From Erysipelotrichaceae bacterium (GTDB lineage Bacteria > Bacillota_I > Bacilli_A > ML615J-28 > CAG-313): 64,000 nt of DNA. Made by a program: the position numbers and the translations under genes. Shown here in pieces: positions 36,574 to 45,854 of the stretch. The notes beneath the pieces are model-generated. The model was not told where the DNA came from, ran no database searches, and saw only the letters and a list, made by a program, of their open reading frames with translations. The stretch spans positions 16,724 through 80,723 of the forward strand of contig SVBG01000005.1 of the NCBI GenBank assembly GCA_015059015.1. The letters run 5' to 3'. How positions within the stretch are numbered: the stretch's first letter is position 1; the number at the start of each line of letters is the position of its first letter.

Positions 36574-37383
36574 TTAATTTTGTTCCCATCGAGCAGTAAG
36601 ATTGATTTCTGCAGGATATAATTTATCAAGTGATGTTACTTGGTTACCTTCATCATCAAACCATCCTAAGAAAGTCCAACCTTTAACAGAAATTTCTTTA
36701 AGTGGAATTGAAGCTTTTTGTGATTCGTTTGAATAGAAATCAATTTGTTCAAGTAATGCTTGCTGTGCATTAGATGCATTAACGTACTTTTCTGGATTAG
36801 ACTCTCTTAAATAATCTGCATATGCTTGTTTTTCATAATCAAGTAAAGTATGTTTTACTGAATAAGTTGCAGGATTAAGACTTAAGTTTTGTTCATTAAG
36901 CATTTCTACACGTGATGAATTAAAGTTTGCGTTACCTTTTACATCGTAATTAACTTTAAATTCAGTAGGTGTCCATTTAGCATAAAGAGCAATTTTAGTA
37001 GAAGTATTAAATTTATATTCTAATAATGATTTATCATTATCATTATTAAATAAAACTACCCCTGTGCAATCAGGTGTTAAATACCAACCTGCAAAATCAT
37101 AGTAAGTACGTTTTGGATCAGCTGGAGCATCAATTAAAAGACCATCAGTTCTTGAGACTTGGTATCTTTCTGATGTTGATGCGTTATCTTGTAGTTTAAA
37201 TTCAGCTTTTACTGGTGTTGTAAACATAATTAAAGCTACAACTAGTAATACTACTATACCTGCAAGACTTGCTATAACTGTTATTTTTCTTTTTTTATCA
37301 AAAATTGGTGCGGTTTCGTTAAATCCAGATGTATCACCGACTGCTTCAGTGACACTCATGACTCTTTTTTGTTTTTTACTCAT
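36574..37383 (-). CDS. Membrane-anchored protein with two Listeria-Bacteroides (Flg_new) repeats
   Basis: RBS GGAGG. Cytoplasmic N-terminus and one TM helix. 'YYDFAGWYLTPDCTG...LYAKW' and 'GWTFLGWFDDEGNQV...LTARW' repeat signatures. Confidence 0.7.
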   Translation of the reverse strand: MSKKQKRVMSVTEAVGDTSGFNETAPIFDKKRKITVIASLAGIVVLLVVALIMFTTPVKAEFKLQDNASTSERYQVSRTDGLLIDAPADPKRTYYDFAGWYLTPDCTGVVLFNNDNDKSLLEYKFNTSTKIALYAKWTPTEFKVNYDVKGNANFNSSRVEMLNEQNLSLNPATYSVKHTLLDYEKQAYADYLRESNPEKYVNASNAQQALLEQIDFYSNESQKASIPLKEISVKGWTFLGWFDDEGNQVTSLDKLYPAEINLTARWEQN

Positions 37384-37555
37384 TTGTAAACCTCCTAAAT
37401 ATTATATATATTATACCATATTTTTTATAAAATATCTATTAAATGTTTTAAATTTTATTGTTTATAAGTAAATTAAACAAAAAAAAGACAAAATAATGGT
37501 ATAATATATTTATAATAGATAAAAAATTATAAATTTTTGTAGAAGGAGCGTTACT

Positions 37556-38926
37556 ATGGTAACTAATGTTGTAAAAGAAAAACAAGAAATTTTATTATCA
37601 ATTAAAAGAATTGGAATCAATGGTGAAGGTATTGGGTATTATAAACGCCTTGCGGTATTTGTAAATAATACTTTACCTGGTGAAGAATGTGTTGTACGAA
37701 TTACAGAAGTTAATGAAAAATACGCAAAAGCAGTACTTGTTAAGATTAAAGGAGAAAAGAGTCCTTATCGAGTAGAACCTAAATGTCCACATTATAATGT
37801 ATGTGGTGGTTGTCAATTCCAACATATAAGTTATGAAGGACAACTTAAATATAAAAAATTCTTAGTAGAAGAAGCTTTTGCAAGATATTATGATGGAAAT
37901 CTAAATCCTGTTCTTTTTAAAAATACAATTGGAATGGATAATCCATGGTATTATCGTAATAAAGCTAAGCTTCCTGTAAGATATGATGGTAAAAAACTAG
38001 TTACAGGACTTTATGCATTTGATTCAAATAAGTTAGTATATGTAGATAACTGTGATGTTGAAAAGAAAGATATCAGAAGTGCAGTTGATGAAATATTAAA
38101 ATATTTAACTAAATATCAAGTTATTGCATATAATCCTAAAATGAGAGATGGAGTTCTTCGTCATATTGTTGTAAGAAGTTCTACCGCAACTAATGAAATT
38201 CAAGTTACATTAATTCTTTATAAGAAAGATGAAAGAACAATTAAAATTGCAGAAGGATTAACTAGTATTAAAAATGTTGTAAGTGTTTATATTAGTATTA
38301 ATCATGATACTGATGCACTTGAAAACTTTGGTGAAAATACGTATTTACTTGCTGGTAAAAAGACGATTGTTGAAAAAATTGAAAACTTTAGTTTCGAATT
38401 ATTACCTACAGCTTTCTTTCAATTAAACTTAGAACAAACAGTAAAACTATATAATCAAGTAGTTAAATCTGCAAGACTTAAAGGTTATGAAAAAGTAATT
38501 GATGCATATTGTGGTGTTGGTACAATTGGACTATTCTTAAGTAAATATGTTAAAGAAGTACGTGGTATTGATACAAATGAAGAAGCAATTAGAAATGCTA
38601 ATAATAATGTTGAACTAAATAACGTTACTAATGCATCATTCTATGCAGGTGATGTACTTTCTAATATTACTAAATGGTATAAAAAAGGGTTTGAAGCAGA
38701 TGTACTTGTAGTAGATCCTCCAAGAACTGGTCTTGATTTAAAATTAATTAATTATTTACAAGAACATCCTGTAAAGAAATTAATTTATGTATCTTGCAAT
38801 CCAGCTACACTTGCTAAAAACTGTAACCATTTACAAAAGAAATATCATATTTTATCAATTCAACCTTTGGACATGTTCCCTTCAACTTCAAATACAGAAT
38901 GTATAGTGTGCTTAGAAAGACGATAA
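37556..38926 (+). CDS. rlmD: 23S rRNA (uracil-C5)-methyltransferase, RumA/RlmD/RlmCD family
   Basis: TRAM domain 'GINGEGIGYYKRLAVFVNNTLPGE'. Fe-S Cys cluster 'CPHYNVCGGCQFQH'. SAM motif 'DAYCGVGTIG', 'VVDPPRTG', 'YVSCNPATLA'. Confidence 0.9.
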   Translation: MVTNVVKEKQEILLSIKRIGINGEGIGYYKRLAVFVNNTLPGEECVVRITEVNEKYAKAVLVKIKGEKSPYRVEPKCPHYNVCGGCQFQHISYEGQLKYKKFLVEEAFARYYDGNLNPVLFKNTIGMDNPWYYRNKAKLPVRYDGKKLVTGLYAFDSNKLVYVDNCDVEKKDIRSAVDEILKYLTKYQVIAYNPKMRDGVLRHIVVRSSTATNEIQVTLILYKKDERTIKIAEGLTSIKNVVSVYISINHDTDALENFGENTYLLAGKKTIVEKIENFSFELLPTAFFQLNLEQTVKLYNQVVKSARLKGYEKVIDAYCGVGTIGLFLSKYVKEVRGIDTNEEAIRNANNNVELNNVTNASFYAGDVLSNITKWYKKGFEADVLVVDPPRTGLDLKLINYLQEHPVKKLIYVSCNPATLAKNCNHLQKKYHILSIQPLDMFPSTSNTECIVCLERR

Positions 38927-39023
38927 TTAAATTTATATAAAAGATTGTTGTTAATATTTCATGATATTGACTTAATACAAATTATTGAAAATGCAATAAC
39001 ATTTTATTTTCAAAATAATAAAA

Positions 39024-39058
39024 TAAGGAAGAAAGCTAATATTCTTCCTTATTATTAT
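39024..39058 (+). terminator. Probable intrinsic terminator after rlmD
   Basis: AAGGAAGAA-AGCTAATA-TTCTTCCTT 9-bp stem followed by ATTATTAT (imperfect T-tract). Confidence 0.5.
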
Positions 39059-39107
39059 AAAGAAAGTGGAAGAATAACATTAAAAAAATTAGAAAGAAGG
39101 TATAACT

Positions 39108-39656
39108 ATGGCTGGATACAATCCTGGTGGATTTAAGATTTCAAAGAAAAAAGTAAAAGAAATCATTATTGAATTAAAACTAGATAAAGATGATATAAAA
39201 AGTGTTAAAAGAAATTTAAAGAATGTTCAAAGTACTTTAAAAAATGGAGATATGCAACTTGCAAAAGTAATATTATTAGATCCTCTTTATATCGCATGTT
39301 TTTCTGATGAGTTTGATTCAGTATTAATATATAAATATCCATCATTTTTAATATCAAAATATCAATTAAGACTAAATCAATACTTAGTATGTTCTAATTC
39401 ATATTGGCCTAAAGAATATTTCAGTGTTGAAGATGATATTATTTTAGGAGAAAATGCAAGTAAATCATGGCGTGATGTAATTTGTTATGTACCTTTATTT
39501 TTATGTAACGAAAAACAAGAAGTCTTTAGTATCAACTGTATTAGTAAGATTTTTACAGAAAGTGAATTTGAACACTTTGAAGAAAGCATAAAAAAATATA
39601 TGGATAAAAAACCAAATACTTATCGTGATGGTTTTAAAACTTTAATTAAATACTAG
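39108..39656 (+). CDS. Hypothetical cytoplasmic protein (182 aa)
   Basis: RBS GAAGG, long ORF, no TM segments and no recognised motif. Confidence 0.5.
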   Translation: MAGYNPGGFKISKKKVKEIIIELKLDKDDIKSVKRNLKNVQSTLKNGDMQLAKVILLDPLYIACFSDEFDSVLIYKYPSFLISKYQLRLNQYLVCSNSYWPKEYFSVEDDIILGENASKSWRDVICYVPLFLCNEKQEVFSINCISKIFTESEFEHFEESIKKYMDKKPNTYRDGFKTLIKY

Positions 39657-39664
39657 GAGTTTTT

Positions 39665-40084
39665 ATGAATTATAAAAAAATTAATCTACAACTAAAAAAT
39701 GAAAACTTAATTGACGAAAAAGGATTGTTATGCCATTCATACAAATCATATACATCCACTAGTAATAAAGTTATCTATATGGAAATGACTAGAATTGGAA
39801 ATGACAAGAAGATGCCTTCTTTTATGTTGTTATCAATCAATGATGATAAGCTTAACATTAGTTATGCAGGAGGATTTGGTGGCTTTAAAAAGTATTATGC
39901 ATCTTTTAAACTATCTAATTTAGAGTATGAAGATAAATTTACTGCAGATAGAATAGTTGATATCTATAAATTTAATGTTTTAAATGATCAAAGCGAAAAA
40001 CTTGGTGATTTTTTTATAATTGCTATAAAGCATAAAGAAGATGCAAAAAAATTAGTTGAAGCTATTATTGATTATAATAAATAA
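39665..40084 (+). CDS. Hypothetical protein (139 aa), possibly PH-like fold
   Basis: RBS AGGAG. 8 nt after the upstream gene. No recognised motif. Its last 37 nt are tandemly duplicated downstream. Confidence 0.5.
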   Translation: MNYKKINLQLKNENLIDEKGLLCHSYKSYTSTSNKVIYMEMTRIGNDKKMPSFMLLSINDDKLNISYAGGFGGFKKYYASFKLSNLEYEDKFTADRIVDIYKFNVLNDQSEKLGDFFIIAIKHKEDAKKLVEAIIDYNK

Positions 40085-40160
40085 AATTAGTTGAAGCTAT
40101 TATTGATTATAATAAATAAAATTAGTTGAAGCTATTATTGATTATAATAAATAAAATTAG
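40048..40160 (+). repeat. Tandem repeat, 3.2 copies of a 35-bp unit duplicating the 3' end and stop codon of the upstream CDS
   Basis: AAAATTAGTTGAAGCTATTATTGATTATAATAAAT occurs at 40048, 40083 and 40118 with no mismatch, plus a partial AAAATTAG at 40153. Confidence 0.95.
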
Positions 40161-40182
40161 TACCTTATTTATGAAATATTTT

Positions 40183-40211
40183 AACTCACCTTTTAGGTGA
40201 GTTATTTTTTT
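40183..40211 (+). terminator. Intrinsic terminator
   Basis: AACTCACC-TTTTA-GGTGAGTT followed by ATTTTTTT. Confidence 0.75.
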
Positions 40212-40232
40212 ATAGTCTCAACTAATTTGTTA

Positions 40233-40261
40233 TTGTATTTTATGAATAAAGTTGTTATAAT
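40233..40261 (+). promoter_or_regulatory. Sigma-A type promoter
   Basis: TTGTAT, 17-nt spacer ending in TGT, TATAAT. Confidence 0.45.
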
Positions 40262-40299
40262 ATTAGTGTAAGCTTACTTAATAATGAAAGGATTTAAAA

Positions 40300-41292
40300 A
40301 TGAATAGTATAGGAAATAAAATTAAGAATTTAAGATTATCAAAAAATGAAACACAAAAAGATTTGGCTGATGCTTTATGTATTACATATCAATCAATTTC
40401 TAAATGGGAAAATGGTATTAATACACCATCTATTGATTGTTTAAAACAACTTTCAATACATTTTGGGGTGGATATTAATTATTTTTTAGAAGTCGATAAT
40501 AGCAGCAATGAAATAGAAGAATTTAGTATAAATACTAAAATTAATGAAGAAGCACCTATAATGCTATGGACAGATTTTTTGTATAATAACACTATTGCAC
40601 CAGCATCTGTAATTAATAATGGTTATCATGTACCAGGTAAAAGATATTTAAAAACTCATCCTGCTCCTAAGGATTATTTGGTTATTGCTGTTGATATGAT
40701 GAGTGAAATTTGTTTTTTATCAAAACATTGTAATTATTTTTTGCCTACTTGTGGACCTGATGGATTTTTTTATTCAAAAATTGATGGAATGAAAAACAAT
40801 AATCCATGTTTGGTTGTTGAATCAAGTTATGATAATAGAAGAGGTTGTAAAGATTTTGAATTCGTTATTCCTAAAGATGGTTTTGTTCTTGCTCTTCCTT
40901 GGAATACTGTTGAAGCAAAATCCTTAATTGAATTTATTGTTCCAAATAGACTAAAAAAAATTGTTAAATATAATTATAATAGACTAGTTTCTCTTAATAA
41001 CCAATATCCTTCATTTAATAAGTCGTTTTTTACTGAACATCTTTATATTGGAGAATTAAGCAATATTAAAGTTTTATTAAAAGGAAATAATGTTGTATTT
41101 GTAAAACCAAAAGAAGAATATAACGAAGAAGAACAAATTTTTCAAAATGATCTAAATATTTGGGAAGAAATAGAAAGACTTAATCATAGAATTGATGCAT
41201 TACAAACTGACATTGATAATTTAGGAGATGGGATTAGTGATTCTTTAAAAGAAGCGATTGGTGAATTGATTACTATATATAATAAAAAATAA
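40300..41292 (+). CDS. XRE-family HTH protein with large uncharacterised C-terminal domain and coiled-coil tail
   Basis: 'IGNKIKNLRLSKNETQKDLADALCITYQSISKWENGINTPSIDCLKQLSIHFGV' is a Cro/C1 HTH. The remaining ~260 aa are unrecognised. The final ~40 aa look like a heptad-like coiled coil. Confidence 0.7.
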   Translation: MNSIGNKIKNLRLSKNETQKDLADALCITYQSISKWENGINTPSIDCLKQLSIHFGVDINYFLEVDNSSNEIEEFSINTKINEEAPIMLWTDFLYNNTIAPASVINNGYHVPGKRYLKTHPAPKDYLVIAVDMMSEICFLSKHCNYFLPTCGPDGFFYSKIDGMKNNNPCLVVESSYDNRRGCKDFEFVIPKDGFVLALPWNTVEAKSLIEFIVPNRLKKIVKYNYNRLVSLNNQYPSFNKSFFTEHLYIGELSNIKVLLKGNNVVFVKPKEEYNEEEQIFQNDLNIWEEIERLNHRIDALQTDIDNLGDGISDSLKEAIGELITIYNKK

Positions 41293-41350
41293 TTAATATT
41301 TTGATATAATGTATATGAATTTATAAAATTAAAAATGGGAAAGTATAATT

Positions 41351-41989
41351 ATGAGATCTTATGATAAAATTTATTTAGAACATGCTTCTGTAAATATTGG
41401 TACAATGTTTCAGTATGCAGTGTCTTGTGAATATGATGCTAAAATGTTTTGGGATATGTTTTGTAAATCTAATATTTCAAAAGAAATCGAAAAAGGTAAC
41501 CCCATTTATTTAGTAGGACATTCAGCTATAGATCTATTTAATTATGTCATTGATGAACCTGAATTTATAACACCTGAACGTTTTTATATTCCAAATGAGT
41601 ATTATTGGGCAGGATGGGTACTTGCACAATATCAAAATCTTAGAAATATTTCTTTTTTTGATATAAATAGAGATTTTCCTATAGAAAAAGTATTATCATT
41701 ATATAGTACATTACATGAAGCGGATATTACAAAATTTTATGATATTGCTGATGAATTTATCTATAATAACAAAAGAGAAACAAACTTAAAAAGAATAAGA
41801 AAAGCTGCAGGTCTTTCACAAAGTGAACTTGCTTTTAAATCAGGAGTATCAATTAGAAATATTCAAATGTATGAACAAAGAAATAACGATATTAATAAGG
41901 CTCAAGTAGATATTCTTTTAAAATTATCTAAAACACTTGGGTGTAACATTGAAGATTTATTAGAATATCGAAATTTTTGTCACAAATAA
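41351..41989 (+). CDS. Protein with uncharacterised N-terminal domain and C-terminal XRE-family HTH
   Basis: C-terminus 'LKRIRKAAGLSQSELAFKSGVSIRNIQMYEQRNNDINKAQVDILLKLSKTLGCNIEDLL' is a Cro/C1 HTH. The N-terminal ~140 aa are unknown. Confidence 0.65.
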   Translation: MRSYDKIYLEHASVNIGTMFQYAVSCEYDAKMFWDMFCKSNISKEIEKGNPIYLVGHSAIDLFNYVIDEPEFITPERFYIPNEYYWAGWVLAQYQNLRNISFFDINRDFPIEKVLSLYSTLHEADITKFYDIADEFIYNNKRETNLKRIRKAAGLSQSELAFKSGVSIRNIQMYEQRNNDINKAQVDILLKLSKTLGCNIEDLLEYRNFCHK

Positions 41990-42024
41990 AAAGTTTATTT
42001 GTTTTATATGTGAGGTGATAAATT

Positions 42025-42567
42025 ATGGCAGGAAAGAGATTATTAATTACTTCTAAAATTATTTCTAAAATTATGGGAATGATTTTAGTGATTGCATGCG
42101 GAATAGAGTTGTTTATAGGTTTTATATTTGCTCTTTTTATGGGACCAATAGAAACTCCACAAGTAGATAATCTAATGATGATTGGGATTGCTGCATTAAC
42201 ATTATTGTTACAGTCTATACCTTATTTTATGATGATTACAGGCACAATAGGAGTAATTATTGGTGGAATTAATATTTTAATTAGCGCTATAATTGATAAT
42301 TATATCGATTTAGATATTTTAGATAAAAAAAGAAAGTCATATAAATTAATTATATTAGTTTGCTTTTATGGCATTTTAATAACACCAAGTTTGTTTTTAA
42401 TGATTTTTGCAATAATTGATGCAGAAGACTTTTTTACCACATTCTATATTCTTTCATGGATATTTATTATTAATATTCCTAATATTGTAATGTTTTCATT
42501 TTTATTAGCATCAAGAAATATTATTAGGAAATATAAATTAGAAAAAATTAATATTAATAATGAGTAA
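42025..42567 (+). CDS. Polytopic membrane protein, unknown function
   Basis: RBS GAGGTGA. 4-5 hydrophobic helices. Confidence 0.5.
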   Translation: MAGKRLLITSKIISKIMGMILVIACGIELFIGFIFALFMGPIETPQVDNLMMIGIAALTLLLQSIPYFMMITGTIGVIIGGINILISAIIDNYIDLDILDKKRKSYKLIILVCFYGILITPSLFLMIFAIIDAEDFFTTFYILSWIFIINIPNIVMFSFLLASRNIIRKYKLEKININNE

Positions 42568-42568
42568 A

Positions 42569-42596
42569 ATAGTTAGGGTGTTCCCTAACTATTTTA
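42569..42596 (+). terminator. Intrinsic terminator
   Basis: ATAGTTAGGG-TGTT-CCCTAACTAT followed by TTTAATT. Confidence 0.7.
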
Positions 42597-42597
42597 A

Positions 42598-42626
42598 TTG
42601 AAATAAAACTTTTTATAGTGTATAAT
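42598..42626 (+). promoter_or_regulatory. Sigma-A type promoter
   Basis: TTGAAA, 17-nt spacer ending in GTG, TATAAT. Confidence 0.55.
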
Positions 42627-42645
42627 ATTTAAAAGTGGTGAAAAA

Positions 42646-43428
42646 ATGAAAGTTATTAAAAGCGAAGAAGGAAAATTATCATATGGTAGATTTACTAAAA
42701 GAAGTCAGCGTATAGCTAATCTTTTAATGATTCCTGTTACTATTGTTACAATAATTTTTGAATTCGTTTTATATAATTTATTAGATAGTTGGTTGTTATC
42801 AATATTATTATCGATTATTGTTTTAATAATTTTATCATTGATAATAAGTTACAATTGTAATTTTCTTCAAAAAGCATTAAATAAATATTATAAAGATTTT
42901 GATTTTGTTTCTTTTGAGACAACTATTCAATTGTATTTAAAAGAAGATTTACATTCTGAAACTAGAAATGAAATCTTAATGCAGTTTGCAAATTTATTAT
43001 TAAATTATGATAAAGAAAGAGCATTTTTAATGTGGAAAAATGTTAAAGAACCAATTATTAATAAATTTATATATCATACGTATGAAATAAATTTTTTAAT
43101 TGAAGAAGGAAAAATTGCTGAAGCTAAATCTTTAATTGAAATTTATAAACTAAGATATCCTTCAAAAATGTATGAGCAACAATATAATCATATGAAATTG
43201 ATATTACAAATTCATGAATCTAATGAATTAATAGATGATATAGAGTTTAAACTTTTAGGTAATAAGATGAAATTTTATAAGATTGTTGCATATTGCAATT
43301 TAGTTTATTATTATCATACAAGAGGTTTAAAAGATCAAACGAAAAAGTATATTAAGCTACTAGAAGAAGAGAATGCTTTATTTACTGAAATTAATAAATT
43401 AATAACTAATGTAATAGAGGAAGAATAG
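42646..43428 (+). CDS. Membrane-anchored protein with helical (TPR-like) C-terminal domain, unknown function
   Basis: Two N-terminal TM helices, then ~170 aa of helix-rich sequence. The TPR-like call is only an impression. Confidence 0.45.
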   Translation: MKVIKSEEGKLSYGRFTKRSQRIANLLMIPVTIVTIIFEFVLYNLLDSWLLSILLSIIVLIILSLIISYNCNFLQKALNKYYKDFDFVSFETTIQLYLKEDLHSETRNEILMQFANLLLNYDKERAFLMWKNVKEPIINKFIYHTYEINFLIEEGKIAEAKSLIEIYKLRYPSKMYEQQYNHMKLILQIHESNELIDDIEFKLLGNKMKFYKIVAYCNLVYYYHTRGLKDQTKKYIKLLEEENALFTEINKLITNVIEEE

Positions 43429-43444
43429 AATTCTTCCTTTTTTG
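43418..43444 (+). terminator. Intrinsic terminator overlapping the stop codon
   Basis: AGGAAGAAT-AGA-ATTCTTCCT followed by TTTTTT. Confidence 0.65.
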
Positions 43445-43499
43445 TAGGAAAAAATTAATTGTTAAAAATAATAGAATTAATTATTAAAGTATGCTTTTA

Positions 43500-43528
43500 T
43501 TGAAAAAATAAGGTAATAGTAGTATAAT
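43500..43528 (+). promoter_or_regulatory. Sigma-A type promoter
   Basis: TTGAAA, 17-nt spacer, TATAAT. Confidence 0.55.
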
Positions 43529-43571
43529 ATTATAGATAAAAAAAATAACAAAATACTATTTGGAGGTAAAT

Positions 43572-44858
43572 ATGAAAATTTGTATTATTGGTGCTGGTAG
43601 TACTTATACACCAGAATTAGTTGAAGGTATTATTAATAAAAGAGAAACTCTTCCTGTTACTAATTTAGTATTTATGGATATTGATGAAAGAAAATTAAAT
43701 ATTGTAGGTAGTCTTTGCGAGAGAATGATTAAAGCAGCAGGACTTCCTTGTAAAACTGAACTAGTTTTAAATGATTATGCTTATGCTCTTGAAGGTGCTG
43801 ATTTTGTATTATGCCAAATTCGTGTTGGTAAACTTCCTGCACGTGTTAAAGATGAAAAGATTCCTTTGAAATATAACTTAATTGGTCAAGAAACTTGTGG
43901 TATTGGTGGAATGTTTAAAGGTTTAAGAACTATTCCAGTAATGATGAATATTGTTAAACTTATGGAAAAACATTGTCCAGATGCATGGTTAATCAACTTC
44001 TCTAATCCATCTGGTATGATTGCAGAAGCATTACTTAACCATACTAATGTTAAGATGATGGGACTTTGTAATGTTCCTATTAATACAATTGATGGTATTA
44101 AACGTGCTATGAATTTACCTGATGCATATGTTGAATATATGGGACTAAATCACTTCGCATATATCACTAAAATTGAACAAGATGGTAAAGATTATTTACA
44201 AGAAGCATTACAAGCAGGTTTAAATAGTGAATCAATGAAGAATATCCCTGCTAGTGGATTTACTAAAGAACAAGTTGCTGCTATTGGTGCTATTCCTACA
44301 TGTTACTTAGAGTATTATTACTTTAAAGATAGTAAATTAGAACATTTAAAACATGCTGAAAAAACTCGTGGTGAAAGATGTATGGAAATTGAAGAAGAAC
44401 TTCTTGAAATTTATCAAAATGCTGAACTTCATGTAAAACCTGCACAACTTTCTCAACGTGGTGGAGCACGTTATTCTGAAGTTGCAATTAATCTTGTTAA
44501 CTCAATTTGGAATGATGTTGGTGATATTCAAGTAGTTAATGTACTAAATAAAGGTGCAATTGATTTCTTAGATGATACTGATGCTGTTGAAGTATGTGCT
44601 CGTATCGGTAAAAATGGTGCTGAACCTTTAAAAGTTACTGGTGTCGTTACAGATCATATGAAAGAATACTTACGTAATGTAAAAGCTTATGAAAAACATG
44701 CTGTTAAAGCAGCACTTACTGGTGATAAACTAGAAGCTATGCGTGCACTTGTTATTAATCCTCTTTGTGGTGATTTAAAAACTGCATCAGCTTGTTTTGA
44801 TGAAATGGTTGAAGCACATATTGAATTCTTACCTCAATTTAAAAAGGAACAAAACTAA
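43572..44858 (+). CDS. GH4 family 6-phospho-beta-glucosidase
   Basis: GGAGG then ATG 43572. 'MKICIIGAGSTYTPELVEGI' NAD-binding N-terminus, 'GLCNVPIN', 'GLNHF' GH4 signatures. Confidence 0.85.
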   Translation: MKICIIGAGSTYTPELVEGIINKRETLPVTNLVFMDIDERKLNIVGSLCERMIKAAGLPCKTELVLNDYAYALEGADFVLCQIRVGKLPARVKDEKIPLKYNLIGQETCGIGGMFKGLRTIPVMMNIVKLMEKHCPDAWLINFSNPSGMIAEALLNHTNVKMMGLCNVPINTIDGIKRAMNLPDAYVEYMGLNHFAYITKIEQDGKDYLQEALQAGLNSESMKNIPASGFTKEQVAAIGAIPTCYLEYYYFKDSKLEHLKHAEKTRGERCMEIEEELLEIYQNAELHVKPAQLSQRGGARYSEVAINLVNSIWNDVGDIQVVNVLNKGAIDFLDDTDAVEVCARIGKNGAEPLKVTGVVTDHMKEYLRNVKAYEKHAVKAALTGDKLEAMRALVINPLCGDLKTASACFDEMVEAHIEFLPQFKKEQN

Positions 44859-45853
44859 TGAAAAAATATATTATTGGTGTTGATGGTGGAAACACTAAAA
44901 CCGATTATTTATTATTTGATGTAAATGGTAATTTTATTGATGGAATGCGCTGTGGGACTTGTAGTCATGAGGCTCCTAGTATTGGCAGTTTTGAAGGTGC
45001 ATATCTTGAAATGAACAAACAAATAAATTTACTTTTATCTCGTAATAATTTAGTTATTGAAGATGTTGTATCTGGTGCATTTGGACTAGCTGGAGTAGAT
45101 GCTCCATTTCAAAAGAAAGCATTAGAGGAAGCTGTAGAAAAAATCGGCTTTACTAAATATGCAGTTGTAAATGATGGCTTCTTAGGTATTAAAGCTGCAT
45201 CTAAAACTGGTACTGGTGTATGTAGTATTAATGGTACAGGTACTGTTAATGTAGGTATTGATGAAGATGGTAACTGGATGCAAGTTGGTGGTATAGGGTA
45301 TGTTGCAGGTGATGAAGCAGGTGGAAGTTTTTTAGCACGTGCTGCAGTTAGACTTGCATTTGATGAATGTTTTAGATTTGGTCCTAAAACGAAAGTTACT
45401 GAATATGTATTTAAAATGTATGGTATTGAATCGAAAAAAGATTTATCTAACGCAATAGTAGGTAAAAAAGTTGATTCAACATATCTTATTAAAGCATTAT
45501 TTAGTTGTGCTAATGAAGGAGATGAGGCTGCAATCAATGTACTTAGAACAGCTGGTGAAAATATGGGAAGAAGTATTTCAGGGTGTATTTTTGAAATTAA
45601 TATTGTAGAACCTATTCAAGTAATATTAGCAGGAAGCGTTTGGGCAAAAGCTACAAATAATGAAATGTTAGATAGTTTTAAAGAAACAGTTACAAAACTA
45701 ACTAATAAAAATTGCGACTTTATAGTCTTAAAAGAACCACCTGTACTTGGTGCAGTTCTATGGGCATTGGAACTTGCTAATAATGAATTACCTTCTAGTG
45801 ATTTAAAACAATTTGTTTTAAATCAAGTTATAGCATATCAAAATAGGTTTTAA
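44858..45853 (+). CDS. BadF/BadG/BcrA/BcrD-type ATPase (N-acetylglucosamine-kinase-like sugar kinase)
   Basis: TAATG overlap with the GH4 gene. 'IIGVDGGNTKTDYLLFD', 'INGTGTV', 'GGIGYVAGDEAGG'. Confidence 0.75.
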   Translation: MKKYIIGVDGGNTKTDYLLFDVNGNFIDGMRCGTCSHEAPSIGSFEGAYLEMNKQINLLLSRNNLVIEDVVSGAFGLAGVDAPFQKKALEEAVEKIGFTKYAVVNDGFLGIKAASKTGTGVCSINGTGTVNVGIDEDGNWMQVGGIGYVAGDEAGGSFLARAAVRLAFDECFRFGPKTKVTEYVFKMYGIESKKDLSNAIVGKKVDSTYLIKALFSCANEGDEAAINVLRTAGENMGRSISGCIFEINIVEPIQVILAGSVWAKATNNEMLDSFKETVTKLTNKNCDFIVLKEPPVLGAVLWALELANNELPSSDLKQFVLNQVIAYQNRF

Positions 45854-45854
45854 T

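Noticed and set aside
38945-39136. 63-aa ORF in the rlmD-downstream spacer
   Set aside because: It spans the terminator-like hairpin at 39024-39049 and runs into the RBS and start of the next gene. It has no RBS and an odd composition.
40048-40160. Possibility that the 35-bp direct repeats are a small CRISPR array
   Set aside because: The copies are directly adjacent with no spacers, they are identical to the 3' end of the upstream CDS, and no cas genes are present.
38927-43450. The unknown-gene islet as a prophage remnant or integrative element
   Set aside because: I saw no integrase, recombinase, capsid, terminase or portal-like genes, no flanking direct repeats and no adjacent tRNA. It is kept only as an uncharacterised accessory islet.
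45109-45537. 142-aa minus-strand ORF inside the BadF-type kinase gene
   Set aside because: It is fully embedded antisense to a gene with clear family motifs. It has a Pro/Ser/Ala-rich atypical composition and no RBS.
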